A stretch of 64,000 nt of DNA from Malacoraja senta (Eukaryota), in NCBI GenBank assembly GCA_038087875.1, contig CM075993.1, positions 10,790,001 through 10,854,000 of the forward strand. Direction: 5' to 3'. The position numbers and the translations under genes were made by a program. This document shows positions 1 to 12,810 of this stretch, piece by piece (the stretch's first letter is position 1; every line of letters starts with the position of its first letter). The notes under the pieces are model-generated. The model did no database searches. It saw only the letters and a program-made list of their open reading frames with translations, and had not been told where the DNA came from.

Positions 1-780
1 GATCATGGCTGATCATGCAAAATCAGTACCCCATTCCGGCTTTTTCCTCCGTATCCCTTGATTCCGTTAGCCCCAAGAGCTAAATCTAACTCTCTCTTGA
101 AAACATCCAGTGAATTGGCCTCCACTGCCTTCGGTGGCAGAGAATTCCACAGATTCACAACTCTGGGTGAAAAGGTTTTTCCTCATCTCAGTCCTAAATG
201 CAAATACACTGACTGGGCTTGTATTTGCTGGAATTTAGGATGAGAGGGGATCTTATAGAAACGTATAACATTCTTAGAGGATTGGACAGGCTAGTTGCAG
301 GAAAAATGTTCCTGATGTTGGGAGAGTCCAGAAGCAGGGGTCACAGTTTAAGAATAAGGGGTAGGCCATTTAGGACTGAGATGAGGTGTGATGGTCTGGG
401 CTGCGTCCATAAATCTCTGCAATTTCCTGTGGTCTTGGATGGAGCCGTTCCAAAATCATACTTGCCAACACAAAATTTAACAATTTGACAAAGCTCATGT
501 CAAAATGGGACCAAAATCATATCTTCTCAAAAACCCTGTTGTTTTGTTTGCAGATACTATAGCAGTATTCACTGACACCGTTACAGCTTTATAAACAACC
601 ACTTACATGCGTAAATAAGTCAAATGTAAAAAGGATCTCCACTATTAAGAAAAGGATTACTTGCAGAAGCCTGAAAAGACAATGTTTGATTTAATGTGAA
701 GTCTGCAATCTGACAGATCAGAATAAAATGCAAAAAGAGTTCACAAGTGTTCAGTGTTTTTGAAGGCCCTGCATTTAGTC

Positions 781-2240
781 AGAGTCATACAGCGTAGACG
801 CAGGCTATTTGGCCCATCTTGCCCATGCCAACCAAGATGCCCCATCTACACTATAAAGCTATTTATCTAAAAACCACCTGCCCGCATTTGCCACATATCC
901 TTCTAAACCTTTCCTATCCATGTACCCGGCCAAACGTCTTTTAAATGTTGTGATAGTACCTCCTCTGGCCACTTGTTCCACATACTCAGGTTCCTGCTAA
1001 ATCTTCCTCCTCTCATCTTAAACCTATGCCCTCTAGTTCTTGATTCCCCCAACTCTGGGTAAAAGACTGTGCATCTACCTTATATTAACTTATACTCTTA
1101 TATGCCTCTATAAGATCACCGCTCATCCTCCTGCGCTCCAAGGAATAAAGTCCTAGCCTGCCCAACTTCTCCATATAGCTCAGGCCCTCAAGTCCTGGCA
1201 ACATGCTCGTAAATCTCTGCATGCTGTCTAGCTTAACAACATCTTTCCTATAGCAGGGTGACCAAAACTGAATGTTACTCTAAATGTGGCTGCACCAACA
1301 TCTTGTACAACTGCAACATAACATCTCGACTTCTATACTTAGTACCCTGACTGATGAAGGCCAATGTGCCAAAAGCTTTCTTGACCACCCGATCTACCTA
1401 TAATGCCACTTACAAGCCACCTCCAACAGGATCCCACTACTGGCCACTACTTCCCATTTCCACCCTTTTCTGCTCATTCGAGAGACCATTCTCTCCGAAA
1501 TTCCCTGGTCAACTCGTCCCTTCCCACCCAAACCACCCCCTCCCCCCTCGACTCCATTCAAGGACCCAAAAGAGTCTTTCCAGGTGAGGCAGAGGTTCAC
1601 TTGCACCTCCTCCAAACTCATCTACTGTATCCGCTGTTCCAGGTGTCAACTTCTCCACATCGGTGAGACCAAGCGCAGGCTCGCCGATCGTTTTGCTGAA
1701 CACCTCTGCTCAGTCCATCTTAACCTACCTGATCTCCCAGTGGCTCAGCACTTCAACCCCTCCTCCCATTCCCACACTGACCTTTCTGTCCTGGGCCTCC
1801 TCCATTGTCAGAGTGAGGCCCAGTGCCAATTGGAGGAGCAGCACATCATATTTCACTTGGGGAGCTTGCACCCCGGCGGTATGAACATTGACTTCTCTAA
1901 CTTCAGATAGCCCTTGCTTTCTCTTACCATCCCCTCCCCAGTTCTCCCACTAGTCTTACTGTCTCCCATTACATTCTATCTTTGTCCCGCCCCCTCCCCT
2001 AACATCAATCTGAAGAAGGGTCTCGACCCGAAACGTCGCCCATTCCTTCTCTCCAGAGATGCTGCCTCACCCGCTGAGTTACTCCAGCTGTTTGTGTCTG
2101 CCACTTTCGAGGAACTACGTATCTGCGCTCCTAGATCCCTTTGCTCTATAACACTCCCCAGAGCAATGCCATTCACTGTGAAGGTCCTGCCCTGGTTTGC
2201 TTCTCAAAATGCAACACCTATTAACCATTCCTCAGCCCAA
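781..2240 (-). mobile_element. CR1/HER1-type LINE 3' fragment, interrupted by a Penelope insertion
   Basis: Similar to other CR1 3' ends in the window (e.g. 32757-33489). The sequence resumes after 2098. Confidence 0.8.
1412..2098 (+). mobile_element. Penelope-like element 3' part: GIY-YIG endonuclease fragment plus pLTR with hammerhead core
   Basis: ORF 1584-1910 (IYCIRCSRCQLLHIGETKRRLADRFAEH...PVAQHFN) is a PLE GIY-YIG domain. It is followed by CTGAAGAAGGGTCTCGACCCGAAACGTC. It is flanked by an 8-bp duplication TGCCACTT (1404-1411 / 2099-2106). Confidence 0.88.
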
Positions 2241-2760
2241 TTGATCACGATCCAGCTGTAATTGTTGATAACAATATCATTTACTCACCCAAAACTTCCC
2301 CAACAGCTGAGGCAACTAGTCACTCCCACCCACAATGAAGGAAATAACCTTGAAGATGCCACGCTTTGAGTGAAGTCAAATTTGCATTTCATGTGAGGAT
2401 ATACAATAACATCAAGAGTGATCTTACGTACCAGCACCAAAATTCTTACAGTGGTTGCAACATACAGATAAATATAATAAATACAATAAATTAATAAGTT
2501 ATACTAGGTAACCATAATAACGCAATACCGAAGTGTGCAGTGCAACCAAAGACAGTCTATGTAAGATCATAGAATGGGCTGAAGGGCATGTTCTTGTACT
2601 GTTCTATGAGATGATGGTCAGAGTTGACCAGAGTTTAGTAGCATGATGTTTGCCAGGAAGAAGCAGTTCTTCTGTGATATTGTAATGCCACACCTGGCCT
2701 GTTTTTGATCTGTTCTTTGAGCTTCCCGCATGAATTAAGAACGTTCCAGTTTTCAATTTA

Positions 2761-3080
2761 GGGTGGCACAGTGGTGTAGCTGCTAGAGCTGCTGCCTTGC
2801 AGCACCAGAGACCCAGGTTAGATGCTGACCTTGGATGCTGTCTATGCAGTTTGCACGTTCTCCCTGTGACACCGTGGGATTCATCCGCGTGCTCCAGTTT
2901 CCTCCCACATCCCAAAGATGTGCAGGTTTGTAGGATAACTGGCCTCGTAAATTGCCCCTCGTGTGTAGGGAGTGGAGAAAGTGGGATGTCATAGTACTTG
3001 TATGAATTGGTATTCAATGGTCAGCATGCACTCCGTGGGATGAAGGGCACATTTCCATGCTGAATCTTCAAACTAAACTA
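2761..3080 (+). mobile_element. tRNA-derived V-SINE (HE1-like)
   Basis: tRNA-like head with A box (TGGTGTAGC) and B-box region, the central V-domain-like gtttcctcccacatcccaaagatgtgcaggtt, and a CR1-like tail ending in (AACTA)n. Confidence 0.8.
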
Positions 3081-3445
3081 ATTGGATTATGCAGAAGTTT
3101 GTAGTAAAATGCTAATATTACAAGCTTAACTCACCTGGAATTGTCGACTGCATGCAAGATATTAAATATGGATTGTAATTATCAAACTTGAAAGTAATTC
3201 TTAAAATTGTTCCTATCTGGAATATTTTAGTGGTTACTAAGTTCTTCAAATAGCAGATACAGAAGGATAGTTTAAAATACGAGAATGAAGCACATGTGGA
3301 GAATTTCAAATAAGCCGACAGATAATTGCTGCATTTAGAAATTTGCATATTTTGTGCTATATTCATTTCATAGGATTATTTGCTTGTCGAATCACACCAC
3401 TAAGCCTGAGGGGAAAAGAGAGTATGCATGATCGGGCAATCAGCA

Positions 3446-3762
3446 TGTGTCGGAAAGAAATGCAGATGCTGGTTTAAATTGAAGGGAGACACAAAATGCT
3501 GGAGTAATTCAGCAGGACAGGCAGCATCTCTGGAGAGAAGGAATGGGTGGAGTTTTGGGTCGAGACCCTTCTTCAGTCTGAAGAAGGGTCTCGACCCGAA
3601 ACGTCACCCATTTCTTCTCTCCAGAGATGCTGCCTGTCCCACTGAGTTGCTGCAGAATTCTGTGTCTACATTCGGGGGTCTCGACCCAAAACATCACCCA
3701 TTCCTTCTCTCCATAGATGCTGCCTGTCCCGCTGTGTTACTCCAGCATTTGTGTCTACCTTG
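3446..3762. repeat. Palindromic Penelope-pLTR-derived repeat (representative of many copies)
   Basis: The arm tgctggagtaa..cagcatctctggagagaaggaatgggt..tcgagacccttcttcag is followed by its reverse complement. Similar pairs occur at ~6480-6630, 22645-22860, 23675-23910, 25433-25615, 27685-27890, 34675-34850, 37690-38015, 43467-43680, 45762-45936, 51170-51388, 53075-53265 and 57668-57853. Confidence 0.85.
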
Positions 3763-4097
3763 AGGCAATCAGTATGCATACCATTGAGCATACCATACAG
3801 AACCCTCTTGTGGGAGATTTGAACCAGAACAAACTAATGATGACCTTCTCATTAAAGCTTGCCAACCACCTTCCATAAATAGTATCCATACCGATAACAT
3901 GTTGGAATTGCGATTACTGCCTGTGAAATCATACCATGATAAATCAAGGATGGAAACTGGGTGGAAGAGAAATTATAGATGCAGCAATGCTCATTATTAC
4001 TCTCAGAGCACCAATAATATAGAAAATTGGACACAGTCAAGGACATCTTTTAACTTCTGTTCACAAATATTAATTAAAAACAAGTTGGCAAAGTTGA

Positions 4098-4655
4098 AAT
4101 GTGTAGGAAGGAACTGCAGACGCAGGTTTAAACAGAAGATAAAGACAAAAAAAGTTGGAGTAACTCAGCGGGTAAGACAGCATCTCTGTGGAAATGGAAT
4201 AGGTGACGTTTTGGGTCGAGACCCTTCTTCAGACTGAGAGTCAGGGGAAAGGGAAACTAGAGATATAGACAGTGATGCCGAGAGATATAGAAAAAATGAA
4301 TGACATACATGTAAAAAAGTAACAATGATAAAGGAAACAGGCCATTGTTAGCTGTGGCCTTGGTAAAAACAAGTACAATGAGACTCAACAAGACGACTTT
4401 GAAGCTGTTACGACTTGGGTGGGGGAGAGAGGGAATGCAGGAGTTACTTGAAGTTAGCGAAATCAATATTCATACCACAGGGTTGTAAGCTGCCCAAGCG
4501 AAATACTACATGCTGTTCCTCCAATTTGCATTTGGCCTCATCCTGACTGACAATGGAGGAGGCCTAGGACAGACAGGTGAGTGTGGGAATGGGAAGAGGA
4601 ATTAAAGTGTTTAGCAACCGGGAGATCAGGTAGGCCCAGGCAGGCTGAGCGAAGT
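4098..4655 (-). mobile_element. Penelope-like element 3' fragment
   Basis: Reverse complement of the GIY-YIG C-terminus and pLTR seen at 1750-2100. Confidence 0.8.
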
Positions 4656-4929
4656 TGAAAGTTTTTGCCTTTTCGTTTTTCTTGGTCAGTTTCTCACCAA
4701 CATAATTTGCAAATGTCTGGTCACAATCTCAATCACACTTGTCACACTGTCTACTGACAACTGCCCAAAATAATTTTTTGGCTAATAAGCCTTCTGGTCA
4801 AAGTGGCTTTATATTTCACTCCTCTTCTCTCCTTATCCGACACCCATTTGTCTCCTCTCCATCTCTAGCCTTTGTCCACCCATTGTGAACCAAAACCCAC
4901 CTCACCTAAAAAACCCACCTCACCTATAT

Positions 4930-5770
4930 TAGCGTAGACTCGGTGACCACTTCGTTCAATACTTGCGCCAAGGCCTTCCTAATCTTCCGGTTGGTAATCA
5001 TTTCAACTCCCCTTCCCATTCCCACACTGACATTTCTGTCCTGTGGATGCCAGAGTGAGGCCACATGCAAACTGGAGAAACAGCAACTCATATTCCACTT
5101 GGGTAGCTTACAACCCAACATTGAATTCTCCCGTGACTAGTTGAATTCTCCCGTGACTAAGTGAATTCTCCCGTGACTAATTGAATTCCCTAATTTTAGG
5201 TAACATGTCACTCACTTCCCCCCCCCCCACCCCCAAACACTACCCCCTCTCCCCCACACTACACCACTATTCCCTCCCTGTGCCTCATCTGCACTACCAC
5301 TTATTTCTCCCCTCAGTCCCCACCCCCCTTCTACTTTCTGGCATCACAATCTACAACTGTTTAAACTGTCTCACACCTTCCTTTCTTATCTCAGCCTTTG
5401 TTCCACCGTCTGCCAATCAAACCCACACCCCCCCTTGCCCATGTCGCCCTATTACCTGCTACGCTTTGTCGTACATCTCCACTTTTCCAGCTTTCTTCTC
5501 CTCCACGACCCCCCCCCCCCCCAAATCGGTCTGAAGAAGGTTCTCGACCCAAAACGTCACCGATCCATGTTTGCCAGAGATGCTGCCTGACCTGCTGAGT
5601 TACTCTCGCACTTCATTTTGTTTTGTTTATCACTTACCAAGCTTTGCCCCATCTCTTTACTAGCTTTCGCTCCTCCTGTACTACAAGCAGCTTGAGGGGT
5701 CCCAAACTGAAACATCGCCTGTCCATGTCCTCCAGAGATGTTGCCTGACCTGCTGTTACTCCAGCACATT
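4930..5770 (+). mobile_element. Penelope-like element 3' fragment(s)
   Basis: ORF 4943-5140 ends ...EATCKLEKQQLIFHLGSLQPN. It contains a 20-bp triplication TGAATTCTCCCGTGACTA at 5121-5180 and a hammerhead-like motif at 5525-5564. Confidence 0.8.
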
Positions 5771-7227
5771 TTCTTTTGTAAAGTAGCATTTGTAATTTCT
5801 TGTATGTCTGGATAAAGTGACAAATGGAAGTTGTAGGCACTTCAGTGAATTTTGTTTAAAAAAAATACCTGCAAAATAGACGCTACCTTTTGATAAGTTC
5901 TAATCAAACTACAAGATAGCGAAGATTATAATAAGATAGACACAAAAAGCTGGAGTAACTCTGCAGACAGGCATTAGTTATTATAGTACTTAGTAATCTT
6001 TTTTTTCCAAAGATAGAAAATAAAATGAAACTAATTAGTTCATTCCGATCAAAACTACACATCTGGGATTCCTACAAGATTGTTTTTTATTTAAATTTCC
6101 CAACAGGATGTGAAATTCTCACAACAAAAAAAACTTCAAACCACAGGTGAAAACGTATCTCATAGTAAACCCCTAAATTTCCCCAAAACTGGAAGTTTCA
6201 GTTTCAATCTCAGTGTACCCACAACAACATAGTTCATGACGGCAGACCACGTTACGTATACCTGCCATTGGCTCTAATATTTCAAATGGCTTGTTGGACC
6301 CAAAATATCAGGAAGGCAACAATTTCCTGCAAGTGAACATCAAGACCAAAATTATAAAATCCATTCCTTAGCCACCACCTCCTAACCTCCCTCAGGCAAG
6401 GCAAGTGCCAGAACAACATGTAAAAGACATTTGGACAGGTACATAGGAAAGGTTTGGAGGGAATGTGTCAAAAGGAACAGCAGGTGCTGGTTAATACCGC
6501 AGATAGACACAAAGGGGTGGAGTAACTCGGCGGGTCATGCAACATCTCTGGAGAAAAAAGGATTGGTGACGTTTCGGGTTGAACCCTTCTTCAGGATCTG
6601 AAGAAGGGATCCGATCCCACGACACCCATCCAATCCACAAAGTTTTAGAGGGATATGGGTCAAATGTGAGCAGGAGGGACTAGTGTAAATGGGGCATCTT
6701 GGTCAACATGGGCAAGTTGGGCTGAAGGGCCCGTTACCATGCTGTATGACTGCGACTCTAAGTGTCCCATCTGATTGAAAAGTTAGAGGACAAAGCAACA
6801 TGCGCTGGTGATTGTAAGTGCAAATGACGGGAGAGATTCTTGTATTTTCTTCCTCTTTCCCTCTTCTGACATAGGGTCCAGGACCTGAAATATTAACTTT
6901 GTTTTTCCATAGATACTCCCTGACCTGCTGAATGTTTTGAGCACTTTTGATTTCATTTTAGTTACATTTACCATCCCCAAATCATAATCTTCACTTGCAA
7001 ACAGCCCAAACCTGCCCAATCTCAAAGTAACTACTGTCCAAACTCTTATCCCACGACTGACAATATTCTGACCTACACTAATCATTTATTTTTGATGAGC
7101 TACATTGAGCTACAATGCTCCTTTTAAAATATTCTATCTAGCAATAAAAAAAAAACACCCGCTGAAAAGCCAACATGACAACTGGAGATAAAATACTGAA
7201 GATACTCAGCAGATCAGGCAGCATCTG

Positions 7228-7781
7228 CTATTCTTGCTATTGAGGGAGATTCTTGCTGTTGAGGGAGATTCTTGCTATAGAGGGAGTGCAGCGTAGGTTT
7301 ACAAGGTTAATTCCCGGGATGGCGGGACTGTCATATGCTGAGAGAATGGAGCAGCTGGGCTTGTATGCTCTGGAGTTTAGAAGGATGAGAATGGATCTCA
7401 TTGAAACATATAAGATTGTTAAGGGTTTGGATACGCTAGAGGCAGGATACATGTTCCCGATGTTGGGGGAGTCCAGAACCAGGGGCCACAGTTTAAGAAT
7501 AAGGAGTAAGCCATTTAGAACGGAGAAGAGGAAACACTTTTTCTCACAGAGAGTGGTGAGTCTGTGGAATTCTCTGCCTCAGAGGGCGGTGGAGGCAGGT
7601 TCTCTGGATGCTTTCAAGAGAGAGCTAGATAGGGGTCTTAATAATAGCGGAGTCAGGGGATATGGGGAGAAGGCAGGAACGGGGTACTGATTGGGGATGA
7701 TCAGCCATGATCACATTGAATGGCGGTGCTGGCTCGAAGGGCCGAATGGCCTACTCCTGCACCTATTGTCTATTGTCTATT
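7228..7781 (+). mobile_element. CR1 LINE 3' fragment
   Basis: ORF 7253-7690 (EGVQRRFTRLIPGMAGLSYAER...RVVSLWNSLPQ) is the CR1 ORF2 C-terminus. It is followed by the 3'UTR hairpin and a (CTATTGT)n tail. Confidence 0.9.
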
Positions 7782-7852
7782 GCATCTGTGAAAGCTAAAC
7801 ATTTGAGATGAATGACGAGCTTCAGAACTCAGGTAGGTCAGAACTTTGGAAC

Positions 7853-8400
7853 AGCACGGTGACACAGAGATAGAGTTGCTGCCGTACAGCACCAGAGACC
7901 CAGGTTCGATCCTGACTAGGGGTGCTGTGCACGTTCTCCCCGTGACCTGCATGGGTTTTCTCCGGGTGCTCCGGTTTCCTCCCACACTCCAAAGACGTAC
8001 AGGTTTGTAGGCTAATTGGCTTAATATAACCGTAAATTGACCATGTTGTTGTTCGTACTTCGTAGTCGAAGAAGACCATGACTTCAGTGTTTTTGTTTGT
8101 GGGTCCGGAGGTGACTGGTGAGACCGATCCGGGCCTGGAAGGCTCGCCCGCATATGGGACACAGTTGGGTGGGTGCTGCAGTTGAATTTGAAGTGGCTCG
8201 AGCCTTGCGCGCGGCGCGTTTCCCTGAGCTTCTGCGGTGCGCTTCTTCTCAGCTGCATGCGCTCCTGTGGTGATCTTGCTTCGCCAAATTGACCATAGTG
8301 TGTGTAGGATGGTGTAAGTGTGCGGGGATTGCTGTTCGGTGTAAACTCGGTGGGCCGAAAGGCCTGTTTCTACGCTGTATCTCTAAACACTAAACTAAAC
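7853..8400 (+). mobile_element. V-SINE interrupted by an RTE fragment
   Basis: SINE head and body at 7853-8044 and tail at 8286-8400. Confidence 0.85.
8045..8285 (-). mobile_element. RTE-clade (BovB-like) LINE 3' end with 11-bp TSD
   Basis: The minus strand encodes ...KRAARKARATSNSTAAPTQLCPICGRAFQARIGLTSHLRTHKQKH* (C2H2 finger; one frameshift upstream). The tail is GTCTTCTTCGACTACGAAGTACGAACAACAAC. TSD AAATTGACCAT at 8034-8044 and 8286-8296. Confidence 0.85.
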
Positions 8401-11059
8401 ACATCTATGCAACCACCCCCCACACCTTTCCCCATTTCCTGAAGCATATCAGCAAACCCATCTCCGACACAAAGCTTGGTAATAGCATGACCTGTATCAC
8501 CAGCAGACATTGTTAAATTACTTTAGATTCCTTCATCCAAATTGCTGATGCAGACTGAATAACTGGGCGTCAGACCTCATGAGTCATAACCTGCCAACCT
8601 AGAAACAATGTGTAAGAAGGAACACAAAATGCTGGAGTAACTCAGAAGAAGGGTCTCGGCCCGAAAGGTCACCCATTCCTTCTCTCCAGAGATGCTGCCT
8701 GTCCCGCTGAGTTACTCCAGCTTTTTGTGTCTGACCTGGAAACAATGCCTAATGTCGGTAAAGCAATCCTCAATCGACACTTGTATACTGCGTGGACATA
8801 GCGATTCCACAATTTCGTAATAGATTTTGGGCTACATTTTCTCACGAATTCATTCCCAGAGAGGAGCGCCCATCAAGTTTTTCAACAGCACATAATACAA
8901 AATCTCTCTCTCAGCGAGTTGAAAATACTTTTTCATTTCCACGAATTCAAATCAGAATGTCTGCCAAATAACTCGAGCGCCAAGTCCTTTACTTGCTCAG
9001 CTGCAAACGAATCAGATTCCAAATATCACTTTTTGTAAATGATTTAATATGACAGCGAAGCTTAACTGAGCTGGAAAATTATGGAAACACATTTGGCCTG
9101 ATTTTGTTTAACTCAACGTCAGGAGCTGGCCTCCATCTCGACCACGCCCTGGGTCATTGACCTCCCTTGGTCATTCCCTGAGCTTGCCATCTGCTCTCCA
9201 AACCCCCAATTCACACCACACTCCTGAACCAAATGGAAGGAATGAACTGCAGCGCACCAAGGGATGTGGTCTGAAACAAAAGCTGTAGTTAAAGTAAGTC
9301 CACAGATGTGACTCAAAGACAGGTTTTAAAAGTATAATGCATTTTTGCACGGTTTGAATGAATATATCTAATGTCTTTTGAAAATGATCAGAGTAAATAA
9401 AAATATTATTTCCCTGCACTTTTCTGCAACTCAGCTGCAATTTATGGGAGTTAATTCTATTACTTAGAGTTACAGAGGTATGCAGTAGGGAAACAGGCCC
9501 TTCTGTCCAACTTGTCCATGTCAACCAGGTTGATTAACTGAGCTCGTCGTATTTTTCTGGGACTACTCCAAACCTTTCCGATTCATGTAGCTGTCTAAAT
9601 GGCTTTTTAACTGTTGGCATCTGCCTTTACCAATTTCTCCGGCATATTTTTCAATATATCGAAACTCTTCAAATCCCTTTTAAATCTATGATCACTAGCT
9701 TTAGACTTCCTTATCTTGTGGAAACAACTGCCGTGAGTTACCTTATCACACCCCTCATGATTTTATATACCTCTATAAGGTCACTCCCATGCTCCAAGGA
9801 AAAGAGTTCTCATCTACCCAGGCTGTCCTCATAACTCAAACCCTCCAACTGCAATAACAACATTTCAGGGGTTGTGGGGAGAAGGCAGGAGAGTGGGGCT
9901 GAGAGATCGGCCATGATTGAATGGCGGAGTGGACTTGATGGGCCAAATGGCCTAATTCCGCTCCTATCACTTATGAAAACACAATGTGCTGAAGTGCTCG
10001 GGGGCAGTATGGTGGTGCAGCGGTAGAGTTGCTACCTTACAGCGCCCAGAGACTCGGGTTCAATCCTGACTAGGGGTACTGTCTGTACGGAGTTAGTACT
10101 TTCTCTCTGTGACCGTGTGGGTTTTCTCCGGGTGTGAGAGTTGCAGACTCCAATACCACGTGCTCTGACTCTCCTGTCCTATGCAACATTTCACAGTTTA
10201 GAAATTTCACTTTTCAATCTTTGCCCTCACTTTTGAAATATTCACGCCCCCCAAAGTTTGCCTTCTGGCTTCAGGGCAAGTTTAATTGCTCCATCATGGA
10301 CAACCATGGCGTAGGAAGGAACTACACCATATAACCATGGCTTCAATTATGAAAGCCATTCACTTGAATTTGCTGCAGAAGCCATTCAGCTGATTGCTAA
10401 TTTTCAATACTCAAAATCAACACTATCGGCCAACCTTTTTGTCAACTGTCTAAATATCGCTACGTTTGGTTTGGTTTATAAAATGAAGCATTAAACACTG
10501 AAAATACTCAAAGTGAAACAACATCAATGGGGAGAAAAGCTGGTTATGTTCCATCTGACACCATCTTCCTCTCCAGAAATGCTCTTTGAGTTAGAGAATT
10601 TCCATATATTTGCATATATGTTTTTTGCAGTTACACACAAAATAAATAAATGACTTGTGCAAAGACCTGTAATATAGATTTTTACTTTTTGACTGGAAGA
10701 TTCAATTACTAAATCCAAATATATGATAAGATTGTACACATGACATAGATAGGCGAGTGTGCTACAGGAAGAAACGATGACAGTACTACCCAAAGATTCT
10801 ATGATCTTTGGCACTACCATCCCTACTACATGAAAGTGCACTCTGGCCCCATGCATTAGAATAAGTTAAATCCATTTCACTTGTGAAAGAGCTTACAAAT
10901 TTAAAACTTTTAAAATTTTACCAGGGTGGTTTACCCAGGAATTGACCCAAATTTAATTTCTATATACGGTCTTAGAAACAGTTCATATGGTTATTCAGGT
11001 TACTCTGAATTATATTATAAGAACTTTGAAAGGTAATAGATTTACCTTCCTGTTATGAG

Positions 11060-11400
11060 ATGCCTGGATAGAGTGGATGTGGAGAGGATGTTTCCATTGG
11101 TGGGAGAGTCAAGGACCAGAGGTCATAGCCTCAGAATTAAAGGATGTTACTTCAGGAAGATAAGGAGGAATTTCTTTACTCAGAGGGTGGTAAATCTGTG
11201 GAACAGAAAGCTGTGGAGGCCAAGTTAAATCATATCTTTAAGGCAGAGATAGATATATTCTTGATTAATACAGGTGTCAGAGGTTATGGGGAGGAGGGAG
11301 GAGAATGGGGTTAGGAGGGAAAGATAAATCAGCCATGATTGTGTGGCGTGGTAGACTTGATGGGCTGAATGGCTTAATTCTGCTCCTATCACTTATGAAC
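11060..11400 (+). mobile_element. CR1 LINE 3' fragment
   Basis: LDRVDVERMFPLVGESRTRGHSL-type sequence plus tail. Similar copies at 16615-16930, 28885-29238 and 41225-41447. Confidence 0.8.
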
Positions 11401-12134
11401 CAACTTCATTTTATAAACAGTAAAATGAAGGAGGCAGACTGCATAAAGTGACTGTACTTTGCAATTTAAATATTTTTGTATTTGAATGAGGTATTTAAAG
11501 GTAATATTTCCAAAGCAGACCGTAATGTGCTATTGGAAATGATCTGAGAATCATACATATGTCCATGACATTAAAAATTAATGTACAAAGTCTGTCTTGT
11601 TTATCAAGCTGATCCCAGCATGAGATACAAGGATCAAGTGGAATCTTTGCCTATTCCATGCTACAGATGAATAATATGGGTATTATGGGATTAATCAGGA
11701 GCGGTGCCAAACGACAGGAGAGGGGATGAAAAAGGATGGAATGGTCAATTCTGTAAATGTTATGGCAGGGGTGTATGTTAGAATTAGAAAGCTGGCCTTG
11801 GGCATACATTGCCTTTGCAAGAAATAAAGGGCTTTCATACAATATTATATTTATATAAAGTATTCAATCATTCATACAGATTTTCTAAAGCAATAAAAGT
11901 AGACCTTCGTAGACCCAATGCTACTTGAGTTCATTTCAAGTCAATTTACAATCTTTTGGTTTCTGATGAAGGGTCTCGACCGAAAATGTCACCCATTCCT
12001 TTTCTCCAGAGATGCTGCCTGATCCGCTGAGTTACTCCAGCATTTTGTAACAATCTTTTAGTTTCCTTTGTTTTCAAAATTGCATCAAAAAGGATCATCC
12101 ACATTGTTCTGGGTAGAGAATTGCAATAATTCCA

Positions 12135-12810
12135 CTTACAGATGCACCATAGAAAGCATTTTATCAGGATGCATCACAGCTTGGTTTGGGAACAGCTCCA
12201 TCCAAGACCACAAGAAATTGCAGTGAATTGTGGACACAGCCCAGACCATCACACAAACCAACCTCCCTTCCATTGATGCCATTTATACCTCACGCTGCCT
12301 TGGCAAGGCCAGCAGCATAATCAAGGATGAGTCGCACCCTGGCCACTTCCTCTTCTCCCCTCTCCCATCAGAAAAAAAGGAACAGAAGTGTGAAAACACA
12401 CACCACCAGATTCAGGGGCATTTTCTTCCCAGCTGTTATCAGGAAACTGAATCATCCTACCACAACCAGAGAGCACTGCTGAACAACTATCTACCTCATT
12501 GGTGACCCTTGGATTATCCTTGATCAGACTTTGCTGGCTTTACTGGGGAGAAGGCAGGAACGGGGTACTGATTGGGGATGATCAGCCATGATCACATTGC
12601 ATGGCAGTGCTGGCTCGAAGGGCCGAATGGCCTACTCCTGCACCTATTGTCTATTGTTTACCTTGCACTGGACGTTATTCCCTTATCATGTATCTATACA
12701 CTGCAAATGGCTCAATTGTAATCATGTATAGTCTTTCCCGTGACTGGATAGCACGCAACAAAAGCTTTTCACCGTACCTCAGTACACATGAGAATAAACT
12801 AAACTGAGAA
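12135..12810 (+). mobile_element. Rex1/Babar-type LINE 3' fragment with inserted CR1 tail (12545-12656)
   Basis: RCTIESILSGCITAWFG / SIIKDESHPGHFLFSPLPS-type coding remnant and a 3'UTR ending in aataaactaaact. Confidence 0.78.

Noticed and set aside
2761..2840. tRNA-like sequences at SINE heads (A/B boxes)
   Set aside because: They are always fused to the SINE body and tail with no complete cloverleaf, so they are not tRNA genes.
3125..3160. Strong minus-strand donor CAG|GTGAGT as a possible RAB8B exon 2
   Set aside because: The adjacent sequence does not encode the expected RAB8 residues, and the only nearby acceptor gives a 13-nt exon with a poor pyrimidine tract.
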